Assembly: GCA_017450465.1 (NCBI GenBank)
Contig: JAFSUW010000021.1
Span: 22,570 to 54,569, forward strand
DNA length: 32,000 nucleotides
Reading direction: 5' to 3'
Source: Clostridia bacterium
Lineage (GTDB): Bacteria > Bacillota > Clostridia > TANB77 > RGIG9151
In this document: positions 17,656-25,832 of the stretch, in pieces
How positions within the stretch are numbered: position 1 is the first letter of the stretch
Layout of the letters: each line of letters opens with the position of its first letter
Translations under genes and position numbers: made by a program
Notes under the pieces: generated by a model
What the model saw: only the letters and a program-made list of their open reading frames with translations
What the model was told of the DNA's origin: nothing
Databases searched by the model: none

Positions 17656-18546
17656 TTAATCAACTTGTAGTATACAAAGCATTACTATACCAATTAATGC
17701 TGCTGCTATTGCAACATATTTTTTTACACTTAATTTCTCTTTTAAGAAAACTCTACCTAATAACATTGAAAGTATGCAATATGAACCAACTATTGTTGCG
17801 CTTATTACTGAGTCATTTGCCATTGCAAATACATAAAAATATTGTCCTGCTGTTTCAAAAATAGCTGCAGCAATTTTATCTTTTTCCCTATGTAGCATAA
17901 AATTAATATGTTTTAATCTTAAATAAATAATTGCACATATAGAGAATAATAAAAATGTAGCTTCATATGCTACTAATGCATTATCTTCACTGATTAATTC
18001 TAATTTATCTAAATAAATACCATCTAAAAAAGTCCCAAGACCATCAAATAAGCAATAAATTATAGGCAATGCTATGGCTAAAATCTTCCATTTGCTATCC
18101 TTACCAATAGTAAACTTACGTTCTTCTGAGCCCTCTTTCCTTTCTAGCATACAAATGTAAAATATACCTATAAATACTAAGAAGAATGCTACATAAGCTA
18201 AAATAGGATAGGTTGACTTAAAAAACAATATGAGTAACAATGAAGTTATAACACCACTTGTATTTTGTACAGGGCTTGCTATAGAAAGCTCTATATACCT
18301 TAATGCTTTATATCCTACTACCATTGAGAATATGTAACAAAATGAAACAGGTAAATAATAAACTATCTCTTTTATATCAATACTTACACTATTGTTTATC
18401 GCATATATCAAAGCATGAATTCCCATTACAATACCTACGATAATGCCTGTTATAATATCATTATAATTTTCATTACGCGAATTACCCTTCTTATAAAATA
18501 AATCCGCAACACCCCAAAGGGCAAAAGCAAGTAAACTGTAAATCAT
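17656..18546 (-). CDS. DMT-superfamily (EamA-like) transporter
   Basis: About 10 predicted TM helices. The ATG at 18546 is preceded by AGGAGTGG. The ORF track GTG at 18555 lies within the SD. Confidence 0.7.
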   Translation of the reverse strand: MIYSLLAFALWGVADLFYKKGNSRNENYNDIITGIIVGIVMGIHALIYAINNSVSIDIKEIVYYLPVSFCYIFSMVVGYKALRYIELSIASPVQNTSGVITSLLLILFFKSTYPILAYVAFFLVFIGIFYICMLERKEGSEERKFTIGKDSKWKILAIALPIIYCLFDGLGTFLDGIYLDKLELISEDNALVAYEATFLLFSICAIIYLRLKHINFMLHREKDKIAAAIFETAGQYFYVFAMANDSVISATIVGSYCILSMLLGRVFLKEKLSVKKYVAIAAALIGIVMLCILQVD

Positions 18547-18557
18547 TACTACCACTC

Positions 18558-18839
18558 CTACAACGTTATTTTTTTCATCTTCTCTATTAATTCTTTAATG
18601 TCCTCGTTTAAGTTCCATACCGCATCTTCACTTAAAACACCCGCTTTAATTTTCTTTATTTTGCCTGTATCATAATCTTTTAAATCACTAAACCACTCTT
18701 TGCTCCCATAATATGAATTTAAATCCTTTAATTCTTGCTTTGTTGTTTCAAAATCGTCTACTGATTTTTCGAGATTTGCTACTACTTTTAATAATTTGTT
18801 TAATCTTCTTTCATTTGTCGTTATTCTTTTTACAGACAT
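18558..18839 (-). CDS. Small coiled-coil protein (DUF4298-like)
   Basis: 93 aa. YYGSKEWFSDLKDYDTGKIKKIKAGVLSEDAVWNL resembles the DUF4298 signature (recalled from memory). Confidence 0.6.
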   Translation of the reverse strand: MSVKRITTNERRLNKLLKVVANLEKSVDDFETTKQELKDLNSYYGSKEWFSDLKDYDTGKIKKIKAGVLSEDAVWNLNEDIKELIEKMKKITL

Positions 18840-18850
18840 CTTATCACCAC

Positions 18851-19411
18851 CTAAAAAATCCCTAAATGCTCTAGCAATATTTTTAATCCAATACCTATTA
18901 AAATAATTCCACCTAAAAGTTCAGCTTTACCTTTTAACTTGTCACCAACTGCATTTCCTACCTTTACCGCAATAAGTGATAAAACAAAAGTTGTTACACC
19001 AATTATTGAAATTGATAACATTAAATTTGTCTTCAAAAATGCAAATGTTACTCCAACTGCTAATGCATCTATACTTGTTGCAATAGCAAGTATAAGCATT
19101 GTTTTCACATCCACACTATCATTTTGCTTTTCTTCTGTAGCTTCTAATGATTCTTTTATCATATTAATACCAATTAAGCTAAGTAAAATAAAGCTAATCC
19201 AGTGGTCAACATTTTCAACTAAACCAGTAAAGGCCACGCCCAATAAATAACCTAAAAGTGGCATTACTGCTTGGAATATTCCAAAATACAATGCAATTAT
19301 TAATGCTTTTTTGATATCTAATTTTTTCATAGATAAACCCTTACAAACAGATACTGCAAATGCATCCATTGAAAGGCCTATTCCTATTATAAATACCTCA
19401 AATATACTCAT
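18851..19411 (-). CDS. mntP: Manganese efflux pump MntP
   Basis: MSIFEVFIIGIGLSMDAFAVS and a second SIDALAVG repeat are typical of MntP. Six TM helices. Confidence 0.85.
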   Translation of the reverse strand: MSIFEVFIIGIGLSMDAFAVSVCKGLSMKKLDIKKALIIALYFGIFQAVMPLLGYLLGVAFTGLVENVDHWISFILLSLIGINMIKESLEATEEKQNDSVDVKTMLILAIATSIDALAVGVTFAFLKTNLMLSISIIGVTTFVLSLIAVKVGNAVGDKLKGKAELLGGIILIGIGLKILLEHLGIF

Positions 19412-19473
19412 TTTTCTCACTCTTTTGCACTTATTTTATCACTAAGTCACCCATTTTATCAACAAAACTTTAC

Positions 19474-21210
19474 TTAATAATTCCAAATACTAAGCCATTT
19501 TGTAGATTCAATATATTTTTCAGGTACTATCATTCCACTATATATTGGATAAAAATACATAAAGCACGCTAAAAAGATTGTCACAAGAAGTGGAATTATG
19601 AAGCCAAGCTTACTTTTCCATTCAATAAGCTTTTTTACAGCAAATACAATTGTAAGCATCATAAGTATTGAAGTCAAGAAATAATGATATATATACATTT
19701 CTCTTTCTATAAAAGCATACAAAAGCCAAGTAGATAAAATTAAAATCATAAGTGTTAACCCAACTTTATCTTTTTTTATAATTGAGTATATTAACGTAAA
19801 CATTGCAGTAAAAATCGAAAGCCACCATATTACTATATTCCCCACTTCTACAATTGCACTTCTACAATTATCCTGATACCTTAATGAATAAGAAAGCATA
19901 GGTTTATAAATTAAAGGCCACGTGTACCACTTACTTGCGCTCTTATTTGGTTCGAAATCATCTGCTGTTCCAAGCGTCGAATGATAATTATACATAGCAT
20001 ATTGGTACATAAAAAAACCTTTTACACTATTCGGGCTTGCCATCTTGGGAACTCTATTACCTTCTTCATCAATGCCATAATAAAGCCCAAATTCGTTTTC
20101 GTTGCCGTAAATTGGCAAATACGAAAGTAAATAAATAGCTATAGGGATAAAAACAAACGATACTAACCCAATAAAAATCGGCATATAATTAAATTTTTTA
20201 TCCACTATTATTTTTTTATTCTTAAAATAGTCTATTATAAATAAAATCGCGAGTCCTGCACCTACAAATGCAGCAAGCCATTTTGTCGAAATTGCACATC
20301 CCCACATTAATCCAGATAGAGTAAAATACACATAACTTTTTTTCTTATTCAATTTTTCTTTCAAATACTTTATAAAAAATAATATACTCAAAAGCGAAAA
20401 GAATACCCAAAATGATTCTATCATTCCAACTCTTGTCTGTACGAAGTGCATACCATCTAATGAGAGAATAATTGCAGCAAATAAAGCATATTTGTCATCT
20501 TCAAATAGCTCTTTTGCAATATAGTACATTACAAAAATCATAAAAATCCCAACCAAATTATTCATAAGGCGCCATGAAAATGGTGTGAAACCAATAAATA
20601 ACATAGGAATTCCTATTAGTATCTTTCCTAGCGGTGGATGTACAAACTCAAAAATGTATTTTTGGTTATAAATTTCATACGCAGCTCTTGCATAATATTG
20701 TTCATCAAAATAAGCAGAATTCATAAAGTCTCTGTAGAGATATACCACCTCATCGCTAAGCATTTCAGTACCTTTTACAACACTAGTTTTTATTACTTCT
20801 CCATTTTCATCCAAAAAAGCAATCTCACCTAAATTAGTATCATCGCTAAACGATATTACTTTAATATATTTTGGATTAATTCCAATATTATTGATAGAAA
20901 TTTTATTCCAAGCAAGTGCAAAAGTATAATCAGTTGTAAGAAAAGTATCTGCTATAAAATCTGAATCAAGGCCATTATATTCTTCTGCTAAATAAATTCC
21001 TATATCAATATCCTTATCCACAATAAAATATAAGAACTCGCAAGGGACTTTATTTTCCTCTAATTTATAAATAACGTATTCATCTTTTTTTAAGTTAACA
21101 TGAGTTTGAGGGCTTATCATATTTCCAAGATTTATAAAAGATAAAATTGCATAAAGTATAATAACAACTATCAATATTTTTTCATATTTGTTAAGTTTAG
21201 TTTTTGACAT
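19474..21210 (-). CDS. GT39-family (PMT-like) phospholipid-carrier-dependent glycosyltransferase with N-terminal extra domain
   Basis: FVHPPLGKILIG motif and a polytopic core. The ATG at 21210 (MSKTKLNKYEK) is preceded by GGGAGGA. Confidence 0.8.
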   Translation of the reverse strand: MSKTKLNKYEKILIVVIILYAILSFINLGNMISPQTHVNLKKDEYVIYKLEENKVPCEFLYFIVDKDIDIGIYLAEEYNGLDSDFIADTFLTTDYTFALAWNKISINNIGINPKYIKVISFSDDTNLGEIAFLDENGEVIKTSVVKGTEMLSDEVVYLYRDFMNSAYFDEQYYARAAYEIYNQKYIFEFVHPPLGKILIGIPMLFIGFTPFSWRLMNNLVGIFMIFVMYYIAKELFEDDKYALFAAIILSLDGMHFVQTRVGMIESFWVFFSLLSILFFIKYLKEKLNKKKSYVYFTLSGLMWGCAISTKWLAAFVGAGLAILFIIDYFKNKKIIVDKKFNYMPIFIGLVSFVFIPIAIYLLSYLPIYGNENEFGLYYGIDEEGNRVPKMASPNSVKGFFMYQYAMYNYHSTLGTADDFEPNKSASKWYTWPLIYKPMLSYSLRYQDNCRSAIVEVGNIVIWWLSIFTAMFTLIYSIIKKDKVGLTLMILILSTWLLYAFIEREMYIYHYFLTSILMMLTIVFAVKKLIEWKSKLGFIIPLLVTIFLACFMYFYPIYSGMIVPEKYIESTKWLSIWNY

Positions 21211-21270
21211 ATTTATCCTCCCAAAATAAATTTCAAGCATTTTTATTTTATTATAATTTATTACTCTTTT

Positions 21271-21302
21271 CAACAAAAAATAGAAGGTATTTATACCTTC
21301 TA
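21271..21302 (-). terminator. Rho-independent terminator after the half ABC-F gene
   Basis: Minus-sense TAGAAGGTAtaaaTACCTTCTA followed by TTTTTTGTTG. Confidence 0.65.
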
Positions 21303-21304
21303 TT

Positions 21305-22006
21305 TTAACTTAAGTTTATTTCTCTCGTAGTCAATTTATTCGTAAAGTATCTATCATGAGAAACAAATAAAATTGTACCCTTATACTCTTTTAACGTATC
21401 TTCTAGTATCTCTCTAGTTGAGATATCCAAATGGTTTGTCGGTTCATCAAGCAGTAATATACTTGGGCTTTTTAGTAAAATTGCTGCTAAATTTACTATT
21501 GTTTTCTCGCCACCACTTAAAGTATTATACGACATTTTTAAGTATAGACTATCAAAATTAAAGCCACCACATATCTTCTTAAATTTCTCTTCTAATTCGT
21601 ATCCACCCGTAGCAATGTATTTTTCTTGCAAATTACCATACTTTTTAAGTATCTCTTCAATATTTTCTGGTTCTTTTTCCATTAAAGCTTCTAAGCTTTT
21701 TAGTTTATCTTCAATTTCAGTAAACTCTTCAAAACTACGCTTTAAGTAACTTTCTACTGTTAAATCTTTATCCTCGTCGCCATAAATTTGTTTTAAGTAG
21801 CCAATTGTTGCATCTTTTCTTATATCGACCGTACCAAAATCTTGACGAAGGTTGCCACTTATTATATTAAAAAGTGTCGATTTACCAGAAGCATTTGTGC
21901 CTATTAAAGAAACTCTTTCACCAGTTTTTATCTCAAAACTAACACCATCTAAGATGTTTTTTGAGCCATAATTTATCTTTACATTATTTAATTCTATTTC
22001 TATCAT
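21305..22006 (-). CDS. ABC-F-type ATPase, single nucleotide-binding domain only (NBD1-like, 233 aa)
   Basis: Walker A GTNASGKST, ABC-F-style helical insertion, signature LSGGEKT, Walker B LLLDEPTNHLD, H-loop VSHDRYF. The protein ends about 15 aa after the H-loop, and no linker or second NBD follows. Confidence 0.8.
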   Translation of the reverse strand: MIEIELNNVKINYGSKNILDGVSFEIKTGERVSLIGTNASGKSTLFNIISGNLRQDFGTVDIRKDATIGYLKQIYGDEDKDLTVESYLKRSFEEFTEIEDKLKSLEALMEKEPENIEEILKKYGNLQEKYIATGGYELEEKFKKICGGFNFDSLYLKMSYNTLSGGEKTIVNLAAILLKSPSILLLDEPTNHLDISTREILEDTLKEYKGTILFVSHDRYFTNKLTTREINLS

Positions 22007-22099
22007 ATCTATATCTCCTTAACTTAATTTTTTAAGTATAACGAGATATATGCTAATGTTTACCTATTACAACTTATAGCAATTATCTCGTTGTAATAG
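22007..22099 (-). promoter_or_regulatory. Candidate translational attenuator (alternative hairpins) upstream of the ABC-F gene
   Basis: Stem A: CTATTACAAC (22099-22090) pairs with GTTGTAATAG (22073-22064). Stem B: AACGAGATA (22092-22084) pairs with TATCTCGTT (22048-22040). TATCTC can alternatively pair with the GAGATA (22017-22012) that overlaps the SD AAGGAG. There is an extra hairpin ACTTAA-N4-TTAAGT (22022-22037). Confidence 0.45.
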
Positions 22100-22157
22100 T
22101 GGTGAATGCAAAGTCTCTGTATTCTAGGCAAGAATATAATCTTTCTTTTTTATCCAT
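22083..22157 (-). CDS. 24-codon leader ORF (MDKKERLYSCLEYRDFAFTTITTR)
   Basis: AGGAGGAG SD 6 nt upstream of the ATG at 22157. Its 3' end and stop codon are embedded in the 5' arms of the alternative hairpins. Confidence 0.45.
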   Translation of the reverse strand: MDKKERLYSCLEYRDFAFTTITTR

Positions 22158-22177
22158 ACTTATCTCCTCCTATAGGT

Positions 22178-22206
22178 ATTATATACCAAAAAATATTTTT
22201 ATGCAA
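22178..22206 (-). promoter_or_regulatory. Sigma-A-type promoter for leader ORF and ABC-F gene
   Basis: Minus-sense TTGCAT (22206-22201), 17-nt spacer, TATAAT (22183-22178). Confidence 0.5.
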
Positions 22207-22227
22207 AAAAATAATTTTTGTGTAATA

Positions 22228-22256
22228 TTGTTCACTTTTAAAAATTATGATATATT
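22228..22256 (+). promoter_or_regulatory. Sigma-A-type extended -10 promoter for the metallophosphoesterase gene
   Basis: TTGTTC (22228-22233), 17-nt spacer, TATATT (22251-22256) preceded by TGA (the TGn extended -10). It is followed by the SD TAAGGAGG 7 nt before the ATG at 22314. Confidence 0.5.
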
Positions 22257-22313
22257 TTTTTCGTGGAAAGGAAGAACCGTAAACCTTATGCTATTCTGTA
22301 AGGAGGACGTAAT

Positions 22314-23567
22314 ATGCAAAATAGCACAACAAAGCTGTGGAGAGACCTCGTTTCTTCTCTCCTGTCGTCTAATACGCCGGTCGTCAACATCATAGATCAA
22401 GTTTATAAAGCATATCCGAAGCACTTTAAGTCTAAAGATTCTTGTGGCGAAACTGTCAAAAAGTTCATTCGAAAGATTCGGCCTAGCAAAACTAAAACTT
22501 CTACCAACGATTTCGATGAACAAATCCAAACTCAACGAGAACATCTGGAAACTCAGGTACAGAAAAAGCATGATAAGGTCTTGGCGGGAAAAATGGCTAT
22601 TGCTGATTTCGTTATCGAAAACTGCAAAGACGCCCTTCGCGAACGTTCTCCCTCAAAAGCCCTTTCTGTTCTTTCTAAAATGCCTAAGCGTAAAACCGGT
22701 TCTGATGAACTGGACCCAAACTCTTCTACTCCACAAACCATCGTTCTCGAACTTTCTGACATCCAAGCAGGTACCCTTATCAGCAAAGAATCTACTGGAG
22801 GACTTAACGAATTTAACTGGGATATCTTGTGCGAATACTTCAACAATCTCTTCATTGGCGTGCAAGAAGTAACAACTGCGCTGCAAAAATCTTCGCCTAT
22901 TACTTCTTTGCATGTTCATATGCTTGGAGATATCGTTGAAGGTGCCCAGATTTTCCCGGGCCAGGAACAGCACATCTGTAAGGACCTCTTTCATCAAGTT
23001 ATCGGAGTAACTGACCTCATCGAGGACTTTCTTATCAAATGTCTTACTCTTTTCTCCGAAATCCACGTTACTGCCGTGTGCGGGAATCATGGTAGAGTAG
23101 GAAAGAAGGGCGAAAATCCCCATTGGGTGAACTGGGATAGAATTGTTTATGAATTTGTCAAACGCGAATTGTCTAAATTTACTGCTATTACCTGGCAGCT
23201 AGATGATTCTTGGTGGCAAATTGACGACATCTATGGTTACAAGTTTTACATCACCCATGGTGACGATATTCGTTGCTGGCAGGGCATTCCTTACTACGGT
23301 ATCGACCGTTCTGCTCAGCGTGAGACTGAACTCCTTCGTATATCGGACCAGTATTACGACTACTTCATGATTGGCCACCTTCACACTCCTAGCGTCATCC
23401 CTGGAGTAACGACTACTAAATTCGTAAACGGATGCTTCCCCGGAGGTACTATCTTCACGATGAAGAATATGGGCGTGGCAAGTAGGCCCCAGCAGTGGCT
23501 CTTGGTCGTCCATCCCAAATGGGGCGTGAGTTATCACTGTCCTATCTATCTTCAAAGAGGAGAATAA
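22314..23567 (+). CDS. Calcineurin-like metallophosphoesterase with unknown ~150-aa N-terminal domain
   Basis: MPE motifs in order: LSDIQAG (a motif I variant, D-x-Q rather than D-x-H), LGDIVEG, CGNHGR, ITHGDD, IGHLHTP. It is the only plus-strand gene. GC is markedly higher (sample lines 32-52%) and the codon usage differs (TCT/CTT/ACT/CGT-rich). Confidence 0.85.
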   Translation: MQNSTTKLWRDLVSSLLSSNTPVVNIIDQVYKAYPKHFKSKDSCGETVKKFIRKIRPSKTKTSTNDFDEQIQTQREHLETQVQKKHDKVLAGKMAIADFVIENCKDALRERSPSKALSVLSKMPKRKTGSDELDPNSSTPQTIVLELSDIQAGTLISKESTGGLNEFNWDILCEYFNNLFIGVQEVTTALQKSSPITSLHVHMLGDIVEGAQIFPGQEQHICKDLFHQVIGVTDLIEDFLIKCLTLFSEIHVTAVCGNHGRVGKKGENPHWVNWDRIVYEFVKRELSKFTAITWQLDDSWWQIDDIYGYKFYITHGDDIRCWQGIPYYGIDRSAQRETELLRISDQYYDYFMIGHLHTPSVIPGVTTTKFVNGCFPGGTIFTMKNMGVASRPQQWLLVVHPKWGVSYHCPIYLQRGE

Positions 23568-23579
23568 GCGCCTCAATAA

Positions 23580-23618
23580 AAAGAACATTGGTTATAAAGC
23601 CCAATGTTCTTTTTGTAT
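23580..23618 (+). terminator. Rho-independent terminator of the metallophosphoesterase gene
   Basis: AAAGAACATTGG-ttataaagc-CCAATGTTCTTT followed by TTGTATG, 12 nt after the stop. Confidence 0.7.
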
Positions 23619-23680
23619 GTATTTAATCGATACACAAAATTTGAGATACCGTGTAACCTACGTTTAACATATCCCTCAAT

Positions 23681-24334
23681 CTACTTAAATAAAATAACTG
23701 TTCCAATCGCTACTAACCCTTGACACACTACATTAGATATCTCAATAACCCAATGCACCTTCGGGTCTTTTAAATTCGCTTTTATACCTATTCCACAAAG
23801 CATTACAAATAAAAGTATTGCAATAGCATATAAGGAAACCGGAAGCACAATCATTCGCTTAATAGCAATTGTTATTAACGATATATATATGGATAAATAT
23901 CCAAATGCCCCAGTTAATACAGCAACTGTATTAATCTTCTTGCTCTTTTTATAAATCATAAATAAAAATAACATTATAGCGATGACTATAACTATAAGTA
24001 ACAATAGTTTTAGATTTAAGACATATTTTAGTAGCATTAAACCCGATAAGAAAATGCCTGTATTTACACAAAAAACTAAACTCACCGGCATCCTAAACTC
24101 TATAATACCTAAACCAACTATTACCTTACCGGTTGGTATAACAAAGCCAAATACTATAGAAATTATTGCTCCTACTAATAAAATGATATTATATGGCAAG
24201 TCCATAAGTGAATATAAGTTCCTAATAATAGTAATTATCGTTATACTATAAAATATTGGGTTTATGTAATCGAGTAACCCAAGTGGCACAGAAAATTTAT
24301 TTAATCTATCTTTTATCATGTTTTTCTTCCTCAT
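23681..24334 (-). CDS. Polytopic membrane protein, unknown function (last gene of the partner-switching operon)
   Basis: 217 aa with about 6-7 hydrophobic helices. The start is 3 nt after the stop of the STAS gene. Confidence 0.7.
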   Translation of the reverse strand: MRKKNMIKDRLNKFSVPLGLLDYINPIFYSITIITIIRNLYSLMDLPYNIILLVGAIISIVFGFVIPTGKVIVGLGIIEFRMPVSLVFCVNTGIFLSGLMLLKYVLNLKLLLLIVIVIAIMLFLFMIYKKSKKINTVAVLTGAFGYLSIYISLITIAIKRMIVLPVSLYAIAILLFVMLCGIGIKANLKDPKVHWVIEISNVVCQGLVAIGTVILFK

Positions 24335-24337
24335 ACA

Positions 24338-24631
24338 CTACTCTATTTCTAGGATATCTGAAAATCCAGTAATTTCAAAAACGTCTTTTATATTGTCATT
24401 CGCATTTTTTATAATCATATTACCTTGTGCACTCATCTTCTTTTGGCAGTTAAGTAATACCCTAAGCCCTGCTGATGCAATGTAATCTAAGTCTTTTAAG
24501 TCAAATATTAAAGTTTCTACCCCTACTAAAGAATTTAATTCGTTTGCTAAACTACCTGCCGTATTAGTATCTAGTCTACCTTCTATCATAACTGTTAAAG
24601 TTTTATCGTCTAACTTTTTATCAATTTTCAT
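24338..24631 (-). CDS. STAS-domain anti-sigma-factor antagonist-like protein
   Basis: MKIDKKLDDKTLTVMIEGRLD...FDLKDLDYIASAGLRVLL carries the conserved phosphorylatable Ser in DYIASAGL. The ATG at 24631 has a GGAGGT SD 7 nt upstream. Confidence 0.85.
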   Translation of the reverse strand: MKIDKKLDDKTLTVMIEGRLDTNTAGSLANELNSLVGVETLIFDLKDLDYIASAGLRVLLNCQKKMSAQGNMIIKNANDNIKDVFEITGFSDILEIE

Positions 24632-24646
24632 TGTCATTACCTCCAT

Positions 24647-25813
24647 TTAATATGCTAGTGTGTCTAATTCATTTGCTTTTTCAGTTAAATATTTTACGCA
24701 AAACTCAATTTCTTCTTTTTCAGTGCCATATGCAAGTTCTTTATACTTAGCCCTTAAAATAAGTACCTGCAAATAACTAATTAATGAAAGTTTTGTTTCA
24801 ATATCCTTTAACTCTTCTTCTGTTTTGTCATCATAGTAATACCTAAATATTTTATTAAATAGTTTAGTCGTTATATCAAGCGGCATTCCGAAGAATTTAT
24901 CTGTATTTTGTTTGTCCACACAAGAAAATGCTATATACGAAGCAAACATAGATGCAAATTCAAAAATCGGATGTCCCATAGATAACGATTCCATATCAAT
25001 CAACAATAATTCTCCGTTTTGCATCATTATGTTTTTTACGTGGAAATCTGAATGAAGTAGCGTATTTCTTTCTGGAATTGAATTAAATAATTTAAGCAAC
25101 TTTTCATAAGATTCTTCAGTGAAAAATTCTTTACACTCTTTTAACGTTTCAATTGTTACGGCTTTTCTACTTGGAAGTTCACCTTCCTTTACTTCTTTTT
25201 GATGCATATCTTTTAATATTCCAACACACTTTTTAGCAAAGTCATCTAATGCTTCTTCACTATTAATTAATTTTACAACTGATTCAGCATTAAGCAACTC
25301 AAATACCGCACCATATAACTCTCTTACTTTTACAATATCATAAGGAATTGCAGTAGGGATACCCATAACAAATGCTTTCCTTGCAAGTTCGGTCTCTCTT
25401 TTTATCATATCAAGTGCATCAGGGATCTTATAAAGTTTTACTATTGTTTCTGGATCTATTCTATAAATTATCCCGTAAAAACCTTCACCTATTTTTTCAC
25501 AATTATCAATTGAAATTTTACGATATGCTTTTTGTACTTCCATCATCTCTGAAAATCCGGTCACATTAAATATTTCATAAACTTCAGGGCTGCAGTTAAT
25601 TACCTTCGTTGATTTTACAGTCTTTTTACATTTTAAAATAAATCTTAAGCCCGCAGATGAGATATACTCCAAATTCTCAAAATCAAATATAAGATTTTCA
25701 ATTCCAGTTAAATCTGGCATTTCACTTTCTAATTTAGGAATAATAGTTGTATCTACTCTTCCTCCAAGATATACTGTTAATTTATTCCCTTCTAATTTTT
25801 TTTCAATAGTCAT
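24647..25813 (-). CDS. STAS domain fused to an APH/choline-kinase-fold kinase domain
   Basis: Residues ~1-95 form a STAS domain (FDFENLEYISSAGLRFILK). The C-terminal ~290 aa carry the kinase-fold motifs LLHSDFHVKNIMM (H-x-D-x4-N) and LLLIDMES. Confidence 0.85.
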   Translation of the reverse strand: MTIEKKLEGNKLTVYLGGRVDTTIIPKLESEMPDLTGIENLIFDFENLEYISSAGLRFILKCKKTVKSTKVINCSPEVYEIFNVTGFSEMMEVQKAYRKISIDNCEKIGEGFYGIIYRIDPETIVKLYKIPDALDMIKRETELARKAFVMGIPTAIPYDIVKVRELYGAVFELLNAESVVKLINSEEALDDFAKKCVGILKDMHQKEVKEGELPSRKAVTIETLKECKEFFTEESYEKLLKLFNSIPERNTLLHSDFHVKNIMMQNGELLLIDMESLSMGHPIFEFASMFASYIAFSCVDKQNTDKFFGMPLDITTKLFNKIFRYYYDDKTEEELKDIETKLSLISYLQVLILRAKYKELAYGTEKEEIEFCVKYLTEKANELDTLAY

Positions 25814-25832
25814 TAATTATCTCCCCTTATAC

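Noticed and set aside
19412-19473. A yybP-ykoY manganese riboswitch upstream of mntP
   Set aside because: Only about 60 nt of AT-rich sequence separate mntP from the upstream GT39 stop. That is too short, and it lacks the conserved four-way-junction sequences.
21305-23567. The divergent ABC ATPase plus metallophosphoesterase read as an SbcCD/Mre11-Rad50-like nuclease pair
   Set aside because: The ATPase has ABC-F hallmarks (helical insertion, no coiled coil or zinc hook), native AT-rich composition and its own antibiotic-type attenuator. The MPE is compositionally foreign. The two are separately transcribed, so the adjacency looks accidental.
22245-23588. Four long minus-strand ORFs (22245..22571, 22553..22855, 22653..23123, 23199..23588) and the plus-strand ORFs 22099..22395 and 22444..22872, all overlapping the metallophosphoesterase gene
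   Set aside because: They lack SD sequences and recognisable motifs, and they overlap each other. They are explained by the low stop-codon density of a GC-richer insert. The plus-strand 417-aa frame has ordered MPE motifs, an SD, a promoter and a terminator.
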